Below, piece by piece: positions 18,459 through 27,288 of a stretch of 57,978 bases of DNA; within the stretch, counting starts at the first letter, position 1, and each line of letters begins with the position of its first letter. The notes below the pieces were generated by a model that saw only the letters and a program-made list of their open reading frames with translations, searched no databases and was not told the DNA's origin. The stretch comes from Candidatus Micrarchaeota archaeon (GTDB taxonomy: Archaea; Micrarchaeota; Micrarchaeia; Burarchaeales; Fermentimicrarchaeaceae). The DNA is taken from positions 1 through 57,978 of the forward strand of contig JACCLF010000036.1 of the NCBI GenBank assembly GCA_013425405.1, given 5' to 3'. The translations under genes and the position numbers were made by a program.

Positions 18459-19205
18459 ATGGTAGGAATTTATAGACAAGCAAGCCGAGAAGCAGAAGCC
18501 AAATATGCAGAGTTCATAATGAAAAGGAAAAATGATGAATGGAGTGGTACAGTAGAAGAAAAGCTGGAGGAAAAGACAAGAACCCGAACTCTTGGCATAA
18601 CATATGTCCAAGGTGGAGGAGCTGACTTGACAGAGACAATCAGAGTATCAAGAAGTGCAAATGGGGAAGAGGTTGGCATTGTGGTGAAAAAAGTGCACCT
18701 CAACCAAGAAGGAAAAACTGGCTGGGGCGACATTGAATTCAGCTTTGGCGGCTGGAAATACCCCACACACTTCGAAGTGCAGAAAGAGAATGAACGAATA
18801 GACAACTCTTCGCCAAATACCGTAAAGACCGATTTCGGAATTAAAAAAATAGACAAGAAAACCGGACTTTTTAATGGGAAGGGAACCATATTCGGCTGCC
18901 AGCAGGACTCAATATATGCTACTCTGTCAGAAAAAGGCAATCTGATCTCATACATCGAGACAACCGAGGGAGCCATAGGAGTGACTAAAATAACTGTACA
19001 TATAGAAAGATTATACAGAAAGGAGAGCCAAGCATTTGAATCCTTTTCAGCCGATATATCTGTGGGCGATGGCATCGCGGAACGTGCACTTGACGCATCG
19101 CTGCATCTGGAGTCTGAGAGGACCAAATTCCTGAATTTCCTCTCCCAGCAGCCAGTAGAAAACTGGAGCAAAGAAATGGAGCTGAAAACAGGCAACCTTA
19201 AATAA
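18459..19205 (+). CDS. hypothetical protein (248 aa; start uncertain)
   Basis: Track ORF only; no motif recognised. Confidence 0.4.
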   Translation: MVGIYRQASREAEAKYAEFIMKRKNDEWSGTVEEKLEEKTRTRTLGITYVQGGGADLTETIRVSRSANGEEVGIVVKKVHLNQEGKTGWGDIEFSFGGWKYPTHFEVQKENERIDNSSPNTVKTDFGIKKIDKKTGLFNGKGTIFGCQQDSIYATLSEKGNLISYIETTEGAIGVTKITVHIERLYRKESQAFESFSADISVGDGIAERALDASLHLESERTKFLNFLSQQPVENWSKEMELKTGNLK

Positions 19206-19264
19206 AAACCGAAAGCATATAAAGCTTTATAGATTAAAACTCTGTATCTAAAAGAGGGGATACT

Positions 19265-20326
19265 TTGATTGAGCAAGGCTTTGTTTCTAAGGATGATGAG
19301 GAGCTGCTGAAGTTCATAGAGAGCTCGGCTCCCAAGATATACGTGGTTGGCACGGGAGGCGGAGGCTGCAACACGCTCAACAGGATATTTGAGGTGGGCA
19401 TACCGGGAGCGTCCGTCATAGCCATGAACACTGATGCTCACCACCTTGTCAAGACGAAGGCGGACAAGAAGCTTCTGCTTGGGAAGAACATAACCAAGGG
19501 TCTGGGAGCGGGCAGCAACCCCACTGTCGGAGAGGAGGCTGCAAAGGAGAGCAAGGATGAAATCACAAAGCTCATCTCGAATTCCCAGATGGTTTTTGTT
19601 ACATGCGGGCTTGGGGGAGGCACCGGCACCGGAAGCGCGCATATAATTGCCGGGCAGGCGAAGGATGTTGGCGCGCTGACCATTGCCGTTGTGACACTGC
19701 CCTTCCTCTCCGAGGGAAAGGTGAGGAGAGCCAACGCATTGGAGGGGCTGAACAAGCTCAAGAGGCAGGCTGATACCGTCATAGTAATACCAAATGACAA
19801 GCTGCTCGCAATAGTGCCTGATTTGCCGCTCAACACGGCTTTCAAGGTTGCAGACGAGGTGCTTGCCAGCTCGGTGAAGGGCATAACAGAGCTTGTAACA
19901 AAGGTGGGGCTGGTGAACCTGGATTTCGCCGACTTGAAGACAATACTCAAAGACGCAGGCTGCGCTGTCATAGGATTCGGCGAGTCGGCTGCCAATGCCA
20001 AGTCTGATGAGAGGGCAGCCACTGCAGTTGAGAATGCGCTGAATAGTCCTTTGCTTGACACCGACATTTCTGATGCAGACAAGGCCCTTGTCAATGTGAC
20101 CGGGGGGGCGGACATGACTCTGCGCGAGGCTGAGCTCGTCATAGAGGAGATTTCAAAGAGAATCAGCCCTAACTCCCACATCATATGGGGTGCCCGCATA
20201 GAGCCTGAAATGAACAAGTCAAGCCTGAAGGTTCTTGTTGTAATTGCAGGGGCAAAGCTTCCCAACTACGAGAAAGTTGAAATCAAGGCTGAGGCTCCTG
20301 AAATAGACCTCGACTCAATAATATAG
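19265..20326 (+). CDS. ftsZ: cell division GTPase FtsZ
   Basis: VVGTGGGGCNTLNRI and tubulin signature GLGGGTGTGSAHIIA. TTG start preceded by a GAGGGGA SD. Confidence 0.95.
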   Translation: MIEQGFVSKDDEELLKFIESSAPKIYVVGTGGGGCNTLNRIFEVGIPGASVIAMNTDAHHLVKTKADKKLLLGKNITKGLGAGSNPTVGEEAAKESKDEITKLISNSQMVFVTCGLGGGTGTGSAHIIAGQAKDVGALTIAVVTLPFLSEGKVRRANALEGLNKLKRQADTVIVIPNDKLLAIVPDLPLNTAFKVADEVLASSVKGITELVTKVGLVNLDFADLKTILKDAGCAVIGFGESAANAKSDERAATAVENALNSPLLDTDISDADKALVNVTGGADMTLREAELVIEEISKRISPNSHIIWGARIEPEMNKSSLKVLVVIAGAKLPNYEKVEIKAEAPEIDLDSII

Positions 20327-20334
20327 GTGTTTGC

Positions 20335-20526
20335 ATGAATCCTCTGGATAAATTGAATGAATTCATACAGAAAGCTTTGAGGGTGCTCAGAGTATCCTAC
20401 AGGCCGACATCTGATGAATTCTACACCACGCTTAAGATTACCGGGCTGGGGATGGTGCTCATAGGAGTAATCGGCTATGTCCTGACAATAATATTCGGCT
20501 TTCTTGAAAAAGGTGGTAAATCTTGA
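20335..20526 (+). CDS. secE: protein translocase subunit SecE/Sec61-gamma
   Basis: 63 aa with a single C-terminal TM. Conserved position upstream of spt5-rpl11. Confidence 0.8.
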   Translation: MNPLDKLNEFIQKALRVLRVSYRPTSDEFYTTLKITGLGMVLIGVIGYVLTIIFGFLEKGGKS

Positions 20527-20963
20527 TATTCGTCTACAGGGTAACGGCAGGGCAGGAGAAGGTTGTAGTTGATGTTCTTAAGAATAAGATAAAGAAGGAC
20601 AACTTGCCAATCTATGCGATTGCGCTGCTTGAGGACATGAGAGGCTATCTCATACTGGAGGCTGAGGATGAGGTCATTGCGAGGCAGGCTGCAATGAAGA
20701 TACCTAACATAAAGGGAGTTTTGGCAAAGAGCATGGGTATAGCGGAGATAGCCCCGCTCATTGAGACGAGGACGACAAAAATCCAGATAGCCAAAGGGGA
20801 TGTTGTGGAGCTCATAAGCGGGCCGTTCAAGGGAGAAAAAGCAAGGATAATCAAAATTGATGAATCTAAGGATGAGGTGACAGTGGAGCTTCTCGAAGTT
20901 GCAGTCCCGATTCCGGTCACGATAAAGATTAACATTGTTAAGGTTTACCAGAAGGCAGAGTGA
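20523..20963 (+). CDS. spt5: transcription elongation factor Spt5 (NusG)
   Basis: NGN domain plus KOW motif GDVVELISGPFKGEKARIIKID. TTG start overlaps the secE stop. Confidence 0.9.
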   Translation: MIFVYRVTAGQEKVVVDVLKNKIKKDNLPIYAIALLEDMRGYLILEAEDEVIARQAAMKIPNIKGVLAKSMGIAEIAPLIETRTTKIQIAKGDVVELISGPFKGEKARIIKIDESKDEVTVELLEVAVPIPVTIKINIVKVYQKAE

Positions 20964-20973
20964 GGTGTTCAAC

Positions 20974-21447
20974 TTGAAAGTAACCGTGCAAGCACTTGTG
21001 GATGGGGGAAAAGCCACGCCAGGAGCACCCTTGGGTCCGGCTCTCGGGCCTCTCGGAGTGAACATGGGGCAGATTATTGCAACCATAAATGAAAAAACAA
21101 AGAACTTTGAGGGGATGAAGATACCAGTCAAGGTGATAGTTGACAAGGACAGCAAGACTTTTGAAATTGAGGTTGGAACTCCACCGGCAAGCGCGCTCAT
21201 AAAGAAGGAGCTTGGAATTGAGCTTGGCGCAAAGGTCAAGGGTGAAGTTGTGGGGAATCTCACCATGGAGCAGGTTGTGAAGGTGGCAAAGATGAAGGGT
21301 GAAGTGAGCTTAGCAAAGGGCCTGAAGCCAACTGTGAATGAAATCCTTGGAACCTGCGTGAGCATGGGAGTAACCTGTGATGGGAAGAGCCCCAAGGAAG
21401 TAATAAAGGAAGTGAATGAGGGCAAGCACGACAAGCTGCTCTCCTGA
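20974..21447 (+). CDS. rpl11: 50S ribosomal protein L11 (uL11)
   Basis: KVTVQALVDGGKATPGAPLGPALGPLGVNMGQI. I prefer the TTG at 20974 after the GAGG SD; GTG 20965 is possible. The track start at 20935 overlaps spt5. Confidence 0.88.
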   Translation: MKVTVQALVDGGKATPGAPLGPALGPLGVNMGQIIATINEKTKNFEGMKIPVKVIVDKDSKTFEIEVGTPPASALIKKELGIELGAKVKGEVVGNLTMEQVVKVAKMKGEVSLAKGLKPTVNEILGTCVSMGVTCDGKSPKEVIKEVNEGKHDKLLS

Positions 21448-21516
21448 ATGCCAACCGAGCTGCACGAAGAAACTTTTTGATGTGAAAGAGCTTATGAAAA
21501 GCATCGCCGAGCAGGT

Positions 21517-21532
21517 GTAATACGTGATACAT
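21517..21532 (+). repeat. degenerate copy of the ATACGTG(TA/AT)ACAT motif
   Basis: gtaATACGTGATACAT lies between the rpl11 stop and the 3' end of the repeat-protein gene. 11 of 13 core positions match the two exact copies. Confidence 0.5.
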
Positions 21533-21537
21533 ATCCA

Positions 21538-23493
21538 CTAAATATCTTTCTGAATTTCAGGTTCCTTGAATTCCAGCCCTTTCTGAGCCATAAGAACTTT
21601 CAGGTACTCCTTGAAGTCATCGCGTGGGAGGGTCAGCCTTGAGGTTATGCTGAACTTTACCGGGTCTACATTGTTGAAGTTGCACAAGCTCAGGTTAGAT
21701 TCCAAAACATTAGGACCGCTTGCAAAAACAGTCTGGTGAGTCTTCCAATCGAGGTTATGCATGTTGCATATCCCTATAATCTTTTCAACTGTTTCCGGTG
21801 ACTTTTTCTTAATATAGTCGTTTACCTCATTTTCATTCACGCCCTCCCGTGTCAATATCTCGAGTAGTTTGCTCCTCCTCTCTTCGGGTGAAAGCACTTT
21901 CGGTTGGATGCCTTTTTCGATTATTTCCTTCAATCGGGCATTGAATTTTTCATTTGGGAGAGTAAGGTCGGCTAGAAGCTCGAATTTTACCGGGTCGATA
22001 TTGCTGGAGGTGCATGAGCGGAGATTCAGAAGCAGTGTATTCGGGGCAAGCACGAAAACTATCTGATGCTTTTTCCAGCCGAACCCGTTTTCCTCACATG
22101 CTTCTATTATCTTCTTGACTGTCTGAGGGTGATGTTTCTTGACGTAGTCCTTAATGTCATTTTCATCCATCCCCTTTTCCGTCATTATTTCTACAACTGC
22201 ATTCTCTCTTTCTCCCGGTACAGTATAATCCTGTGGTATGCCATGGGAGAGTGCATCATCCAGTGCTTTGTTGAACCTCTCAGTTGGGAGCATAAGGAAT
22301 TTTAACAAGTTAAAGCGGACAGGGTCTGCATTACGAGATGCACATGAATCTAGGTTTGAGTTGAGAGTGCCAGGGGCGTAGGAAAAGACAATCTGGTGGG
22401 TTTTCCAGTCAAAGTTGTGATTGTCGCATATTTCTATTACTCTCTCAACCGTTTCGGGAGCTTTTTTCTTTACATAATTCTTGATGTCCTTCTCCTCCAG
22501 TCCATTCTTCACGAGTATTGCAATAATTTTTTTCTCCTTCTCCTCGGGTGATAGCTTTTCTGGGGGCACATACGTCTTCAGGAACCCCCTGAATTTTTCA
22601 GAGTTCATGTAAAGGTGCGGAACCAACGCTTCTTCAACAGCGTCTCTCCCCTGCTCAGCGCAGGTTTTCAGGTTCTCTGAGAGGTTTTGCGCGGGGAATA
22701 CAAGCGCATATGCAAACTTTACCGGGTCAACTCCGTGCTCCTCAAGGGCTTTGACATTGCTGCTGAAGCTGTTGAAAGGATAGACGAGAAAGTTGCGGTA
22801 GGGCGTGAACGGTATGTGCTTCTCTTCGCATAATGCGACTATTCTCTTAAGGTTTTTCAGGGCGAGGTTATGGAGAGGGGGGTGATTCTCAAAATCTATG
22901 CCCTTCTCCTTGCAGAAAGCATCTATCTCTGCGTTTCTTGCCTTTACCTGCTCTGGAGTGAAGAAAGGTCTGCCCATCCTGCCTCCGAAATGCCTGACCG
23001 GCTTGACTATCCTCTCTTGTACAGCTGGAACCGAGGCTTCTGTCTTCATTGCATGCGGCTGAAATGCCTGCTTCGGGGATTCAGCTAGAGAAGACTTTTG
23101 GAGTTGTTTTATAGGCTGAGGTGCAGGGATGTTTTGGAGGGAACGGGTGTATGTCAGCAGGGTACTGAGCCTCTGCTCATAACCTTTTGCAGTTTCGGCG
23201 GATTCCGGGTGCTTCAGAAGCCAGTCATCCATTACAAGCTTTCCAGAACCGTCATATTTCGCGGTTATTGATTTAACCCTGTCGACTATTTTCACCTCTT
23301 TCAGAGTTTTATTAGAGTTGAACAGGAGCTCAACGGAAAGTGCAGGTGGCTTTCCCCCGAATGCAGGTGAGATGCTGTCGACAGTCCTGAAGCTCTCCCA
23401 CACAACCTTCTCCTTCCCGAGGCTTTCGAGATGCTCCTTCAGCCTTAGCTTTTCATCACCGAAATAGCAGAAAGTCCTTTCCAGTTTATGCAT
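21538..23493 (-). CDS. helical tandem-repeat protein (3 x 110-aa repeats), unknown function
   Basis: Track ORF trimmed to MHKLERTF (ATG 23491-23493). Anchors YVKKKAPETV / YVKKHHPQTV / YIKKKSPETV occur at aa 361, 471 and 581 of the track numbering, exactly 110 aa apart. DPV[KR]F recurs 4 times. Confidence 0.6.
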   Translation of the reverse strand: MHKLERTFCYFGDEKLRLKEHLESLGKEKVVWESFRTVDSISPAFGGKPPALSVELLFNSNKTLKEVKIVDRVKSITAKYDGSGKLVMDDWLLKHPESAETAKGYEQRLSTLLTYTRSLQNIPAPQPIKQLQKSSLAESPKQAFQPHAMKTEASVPAVQERIVKPVRHFGGRMGRPFFTPEQVKARNAEIDAFCKEKGIDFENHPPLHNLALKNLKRIVALCEEKHIPFTPYRNFLVYPFNSFSSNVKALEEHGVDPVKFAYALVFPAQNLSENLKTCAEQGRDAVEEALVPHLYMNSEKFRGFLKTYVPPEKLSPEEKEKKIIAILVKNGLEEKDIKNYVKKKAPETVERVIEICDNHNFDWKTHQIVFSYAPGTLNSNLDSCASRNADPVRFNLLKFLMLPTERFNKALDDALSHGIPQDYTVPGERENAVVEIMTEKGMDENDIKDYVKKHHPQTVKKIIEACEENGFGWKKHQIVFVLAPNTLLLNLRSCTSSNIDPVKFELLADLTLPNEKFNARLKEIIEKGIQPKVLSPEERRSKLLEILTREGVNENEVNDYIKKKSPETVEKIIGICNMHNLDWKTHQTVFASGPNVLESNLSLCNFNNVDPVKFSITSRLTLPRDDFKEYLKVLMAQKGLEFKEPEIQKDI

Positions 23494-23540
23494 GCTTATT
23501 TTTTGCCTTAGAAAGTAATTAAATCTAATGGAATAAAGGA

Positions 23541-23557
23541 GTGATACGTGTAACATG
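23541..23557 (+). repeat. motif copy GTGATACGTGTAACATG in the divergent intergenic region
   Basis: The 14-nt core ATACGTGTAACATG is identical to 24711-24724. It lies ~15 nt upstream of the TATA (atatataaata) of the 23604 gene. Confidence 0.6.
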
Positions 23558-23603
23558 CTTCTTGAACTAAATATATAAATAGCCTAAAAGGCATAATCTC
23601 AGC

Positions 23604-24674
23604 ATGATCTACAAGCAGGCAAAGGAGGAAAGAAAAGAACCATCAGAAAGCATCAGGGATGCGCTGGATGCTGTAAAACCAAAGCCAATGTCGGTTTTAT
23701 CTAAAGAAAGGTTCTTCAAACAAAACGTAAGCGAGATAAAGTGCGAACCCCTACTCTTCAACAGCAAGCTTTTCAAACATCTACCGATAAGAAAGGAAGA
23801 TGTAGAGAATAAACTATCTGTCTTCGTAGATAGGAGCGGAAATGCCGTTACGATGGAATTGCTTGGGTTGACCGCGCATGGAAGGTCATTTTTTCTCAAT
23901 GTTAAATTTTCTGACAGATTTGGAAATGTCTACAACTACATAGACATCAAAGGCGCGGGTATGCATGAAAAAGAATGGCATGAAACGATAAGGGTTTATG
24001 GTTACGACGAGGACATAGGGGGGCTTCTCAATTATGATGATGCAAAAATAGACTGGGATATGAGTAACCTATTCCTCAGAAATAGGATAAGGACCTCCGC
24101 ACCAATTGCGATGGGTAGGGTGGAAGAGATAATCTTTGCGGGGGGAAAGAGACCCAGCATGAAAGATTTGAGAATGCAGGGCTGGATACCGCCGTATGTA
24201 GAAGAAGAGTATCAGAGAATAAAGTACGTTCCAGTCATATACATCAGAGGTTTCTCGGAGATAATGAGACTCCAGGATGCCGAAAAGGAGGATTATGAGA
24301 GATTTGCAAATGCTCACGGGATGACCCTTGTCGAGTACAGGGATTGGTGGATTGAGGAAGTGGCAAAAAACCTTGCAAGGATGCACAATCTAGGCAAAGC
24401 CCATAATGCGTTAAACGTGCACAACCTGACGCTGGATGGCTGCATAGTGGATCATGATGCCGTAAAGAGTTTTTCTAAATCGCAGGATGCGTGGATGTTT
24501 TCAAATGAGATTAGCAATAGTGCTGGGATTCTGGGGGGATTCACACGTCGGCTTGGGTACAGCTCCGATTATGAGGTGCCGAATGAGAAGCTCTTTCTGG
24601 AGAAATATTTTGAAAACCGCACAAACATTACAGAACGTCAGCTTAGTACTGTATACGCTCAGTTTAGATACTAG
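23604..24674 (+). CDS. hypothetical protein with weak protein-kinase-like/APH-like features
   Basis: YIDIKGAG (Gly-rich loop-like) and MHNLGKAHNALNVHNLTLDGCIVDHD (resembles the HGDLhxxN...iDxD catalytic/metal loops, but with Ala at the catalytic Asp position). The assignment is tentative. Confidence 0.45.
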   Translation: MIYKQAKEERKEPSESIRDALDAVKPKPMSVLSKERFFKQNVSEIKCEPLLFNSKLFKHLPIRKEDVENKLSVFVDRSGNAVTMELLGLTAHGRSFFLNVKFSDRFGNVYNYIDIKGAGMHEKEWHETIRVYGYDEDIGGLLNYDDAKIDWDMSNLFLRNRIRTSAPIAMGRVEEIIFAGGKRPSMKDLRMQGWIPPYVEEEYQRIKYVPVIYIRGFSEIMRLQDAEKEDYERFANAHGMTLVEYRDWWIEEVAKNLARMHNLGKAHNALNVHNLTLDGCIVDHDAVKSFSKSQDAWMFSNEISNSAGILGGFTRRLGYSSDYEVPNEKLFLEKYFENRTNITERQLSTVYAQFRY

Positions 24675-24707
24675 TTATAATGTTAAGGCAAAGCATGAAA
24701 TCGTAAC

Positions 24708-24724
24708 GTAATACGTGTAACATG
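24708..24724 (+). repeat. motif copy GTAATACGTGTAACATG immediately 3' of the 23604..24674 gene
   Basis: 16 of 17 positions match 23541-23557. Confidence 0.6.
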
Positions 24725-24907
24725 TTGTGCTTGGAGAAGCAACTTGACCATAGCCTGATTCTGGGTGTTTGTTGCATACTACAATTTCATGAGAGTCCAC
24801 ACAAAGTTTGGAAAGCCGCATAGCAGATGACCTAGCTTATCTTTATAGTATCTCGTATTTACTGTGAATATTTATATTAACAACCCGCATAATGAATTGG
24901 TGCACGA

Positions 24908-26581
24908 ATGAAAAAGCTTTTCTTCATGCTGCTCTGCATACCGCTTCTGGCGGCGCAGCAGGCTCTCCCCACAGAGGGAGTCAAATGGGTGTTCAACGCA
25001 GGAGACTCCATACTTGCATCCCCGACAATCCGCAATGGCGTTATTTTCCTAGGCTCCACAAACGGCAGTTTATACGCCATCAATCCAATGAACGGACAGC
25101 CCATCTGGACATATGGACCTGCCGAAAAGATACAATCCTCACCGGCAGTATCAGATGAAATGGTATTCTTCGGCTCAAACGACGGCTACCTGTATGCACT
25201 CTGGCTGAATGGAACCCTGGCATGGAAATTCAAGACAGATGACATAATCCTGTCGTCTCCTGCCCTGTCAAACAACATGGTATTCTTCGGCTCAAACGAC
25301 GGCTACCTGTATGCACTCTGGCTGAATGGAACCCTGGCATGGAAATTCAAGACTGATAACAAGATACTGTCCACCCCGCTGCTTGCCTACGGCCTCCTCT
25401 ACTTCAACTCCGCGGATGGAAGCCTATACTCCGTATACCCGGAGAGTGGGAATGTCCTGTGGAAATATTCGGAAGAGTCACCATTCGCCTCCTCGCCAAT
25501 TGCATCAAACTGGATAATTTACGTGGGCTCTGACGATGGAACTCTATACGCCTTCAATGCTTTCAACGGGACGATTGTATGGAAACAGAAATACCCGAAC
25601 AAAATTCAATCCAGCTTTGCAATATCGCCAAAGAACATCCTATACTTCACATGCAAGGACGGCAATGCATATGCCGTGTATGCGGCCGATGGCAGCAAAT
25701 TCTGGAATATAAGCACCGGAACCGAATCCCAGTCGTCAGTCCATTATAATGACCGCTCCGGATTCTCCTATTTCGGAACCAGCGACGACAACCTCTACGC
25801 AGTTAACTCCAAAGGCAGCCTAGTGTGGAGATTTGAAACCGGAAACTGGGTCATTGCAGCTCCCCTAGAGTACAGAGGAATAGTCTACGCCGGCTCCTAC
25901 GATGGGAATCTCTACGCAATATCCACAATACGAATCCGATTCCCGTCAACTGAGATGAACGTTACCGGCTCGCAGGTTCCAGTAAGCGGCGAAGCCTACG
26001 CAGATGCAGGAATAAAATACGTCCAGGTCAGGTTCAACGACGGGGCATGGCAAGATGTCAATGGGACGGAGAAATGGAGCTACATGTGGGACACCTCCTC
26101 ATTGAAGGATGATGTTTACACATTTGAAGCGAGAGGCACTGATGACCTCGGCAATGTGGAGCCTCCGCCCTACTCCAACCTCCTAGTCAAATTCGCAAGA
26201 AACATTCCTGAGAAGGAGCTGATAGTCTCATACCAACAAGTAATTATTGCTGGAATGCCCATGAGGTTTGAAGTGAATGACACAGAGGGAAACCCAGTGC
26301 CCCACCCTGAATTGACAATATTCGGCAGAACCTACACCGGGGATGAGAACGGGGTTGTTGCAAGCGATGAAAACGGCAACCCCCTAAAGTCAGATGCCGA
26401 AGGTGATTTCAACTTCACCGTAAGGAAAATTGGTTACCGCACCCAATACCTCAGCATAAAAGTTGTGAAGGTTGTGGATGTCATTCCATACGTCATAGGT
26501 GTTTTGGTAGGGCTGGTTGTGCTGGCCTTCATAATCTACAGGCTTGTCAGGAATCTTTTGAGAAGAATGAAGAAGCAATAG
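24908..26581 (+). CDS. secreted PQQ-like (BamB-type) beta-propeller repeat protein with Ig-like C-terminal domains and a TM anchor
   Basis: Signal peptide. About 8 blades of pattern SSPxxxxxxxxxGSxDGxLYAxxxxxGxxxWxF. C-terminal TM plus a basic tail. Confidence 0.8.
   Translation: MKKLFFMLLCIPLLAAQQALPTEGVKWVFNAGDSILASPTIRNGVIFLGSTNGSLYAINPMNGQPIWTYGPAEKIQSSPAVSDEMVFFGSNDGYLYALWLNGTLAWKFKTDDIILSSPALSNNMVFFGSNDGYLYALWLNGTLAWKFKTDNKILSTPLLAYGLLYFNSADGSLYSVYPESGNVLWKYSEESPFASSPIASNWIIYVGSDDGTLYAFNAFNGTIVWKQKYPNKIQSSFAISPKNILYFTCKDGNAYAVYAADGSKFWNISTGTESQSSVHYNDRSGFSYFGTSDDNLYAVNSKGSLVWRFETGNWVIAAPLEYRGIVYAGSYDGNLYAISTIRIRFPSTEMNVTGSQVPVSGEAYADAGIKYVQVRFNDGAWQDVNGTEKWSYMWDTSSLKDDVYTFEARGTDDLGNVEPPPYSNLLVKFARNIPEKELIVSYQQVIIAGMPMRFEVNDTEGNPVPHPELTIFGRTYTGDENGVVASDENGNPLKSDAEGDFNFTVRKIGYRTQYLSIKVVKVVDVIPYVIGVLVGLVVLAFIIYRLVRNLLRRMKKQ
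25160..25353 (+). repeat. 117-bp tandem duplication (one propeller blade) inside the PQQ-like gene
   Basis: 25160-25236 is identical (77/77) to 25277-25353. The peptide MVFFGSNDGYLYALWLNGTLAWKFKTD is repeated exactly. Confidence 0.9.
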
Positions 26582-26653
26582 ATTTATATTCCTTACCCGG
26601 CATAATTATTCCACTCATTTTCCCGTTTTACTGCTTTGAGCAGGAGGGGTGAA

Positions 26654-27286
26654 ATGGACAGGCAAAAAATAATTGATGCATTGAAAAAGGCTCTAGAAGA
26701 CAAGGGCAAGAAAAAGTTCACGCAGAGCGTAGAGCTTGCAGTTAATTTCAGGGATATTGACTTCAACAAGCAGGAGAACAGGCTCAACCTTGAAGTTGTA
26801 CTGCCGAAGGGCAAGGGGAAGGAGCAGAAAGTCGGAGTTTTTGCAGACGGACAGTTCGCCCTTGAAGCCAAGAAGCTCGGAGTTCTGGTCATAGGCAGCG
26901 ATGAGCTGCCAAAAATCGCAGCAGACAAGGCAAAGCTCACTAGCATGCTCAGTTACGAATTCCTGGCCCAGCCAAACCTCATGGCAGTCGTTGCGAAACA
27001 TCTGGGTCAGGTGCTGGGCACCAAGGGGAAGCTGCCCAAGCCTCTAGTGGGCACGAAAATTGATGAGGCAGTAGAGAGGGCAAAGAAGGTTGTGAAGATA
27101 AGGAGCAAGGGCAAATACCTGCCGGTTACTCACTGCCCTGTCGGGACAGAGAACATGACCCCTGAGGACATTGCAGACAACATTGAGGCAGTGCTCGATG
27201 CAGTGAAGGCGAAGACAGGGGAGCAGAGGATTAAATCGATTTTTGTCAAGCTTACAATGGGGAAATCCCAGAAGATTGGTGAATAG
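26654..27286 (+). CDS. rpl1: 50S ribosomal protein L1 (uL1)
   Basis: Track ORF trimmed to MDRQKII, after a GGAGGGG SD. L1 family pattern and conserved order before P0/P1. Confidence 0.9.
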   Translation: MDRQKIIDALKKALEDKGKKKFTQSVELAVNFRDIDFNKQENRLNLEVVLPKGKGKEQKVGVFADGQFALEAKKLGVLVIGSDELPKIAADKAKLTSMLSYEFLAQPNLMAVVAKHLGQVLGTKGKLPKPLVGTKIDEAVERAKKVVKIRSKGKYLPVTHCPVGTENMTPEDIADNIEAVLDAVKAKTGEQRIKSIFVKLTMGKSQKIGE

Positions 27287-27288
27287 AT

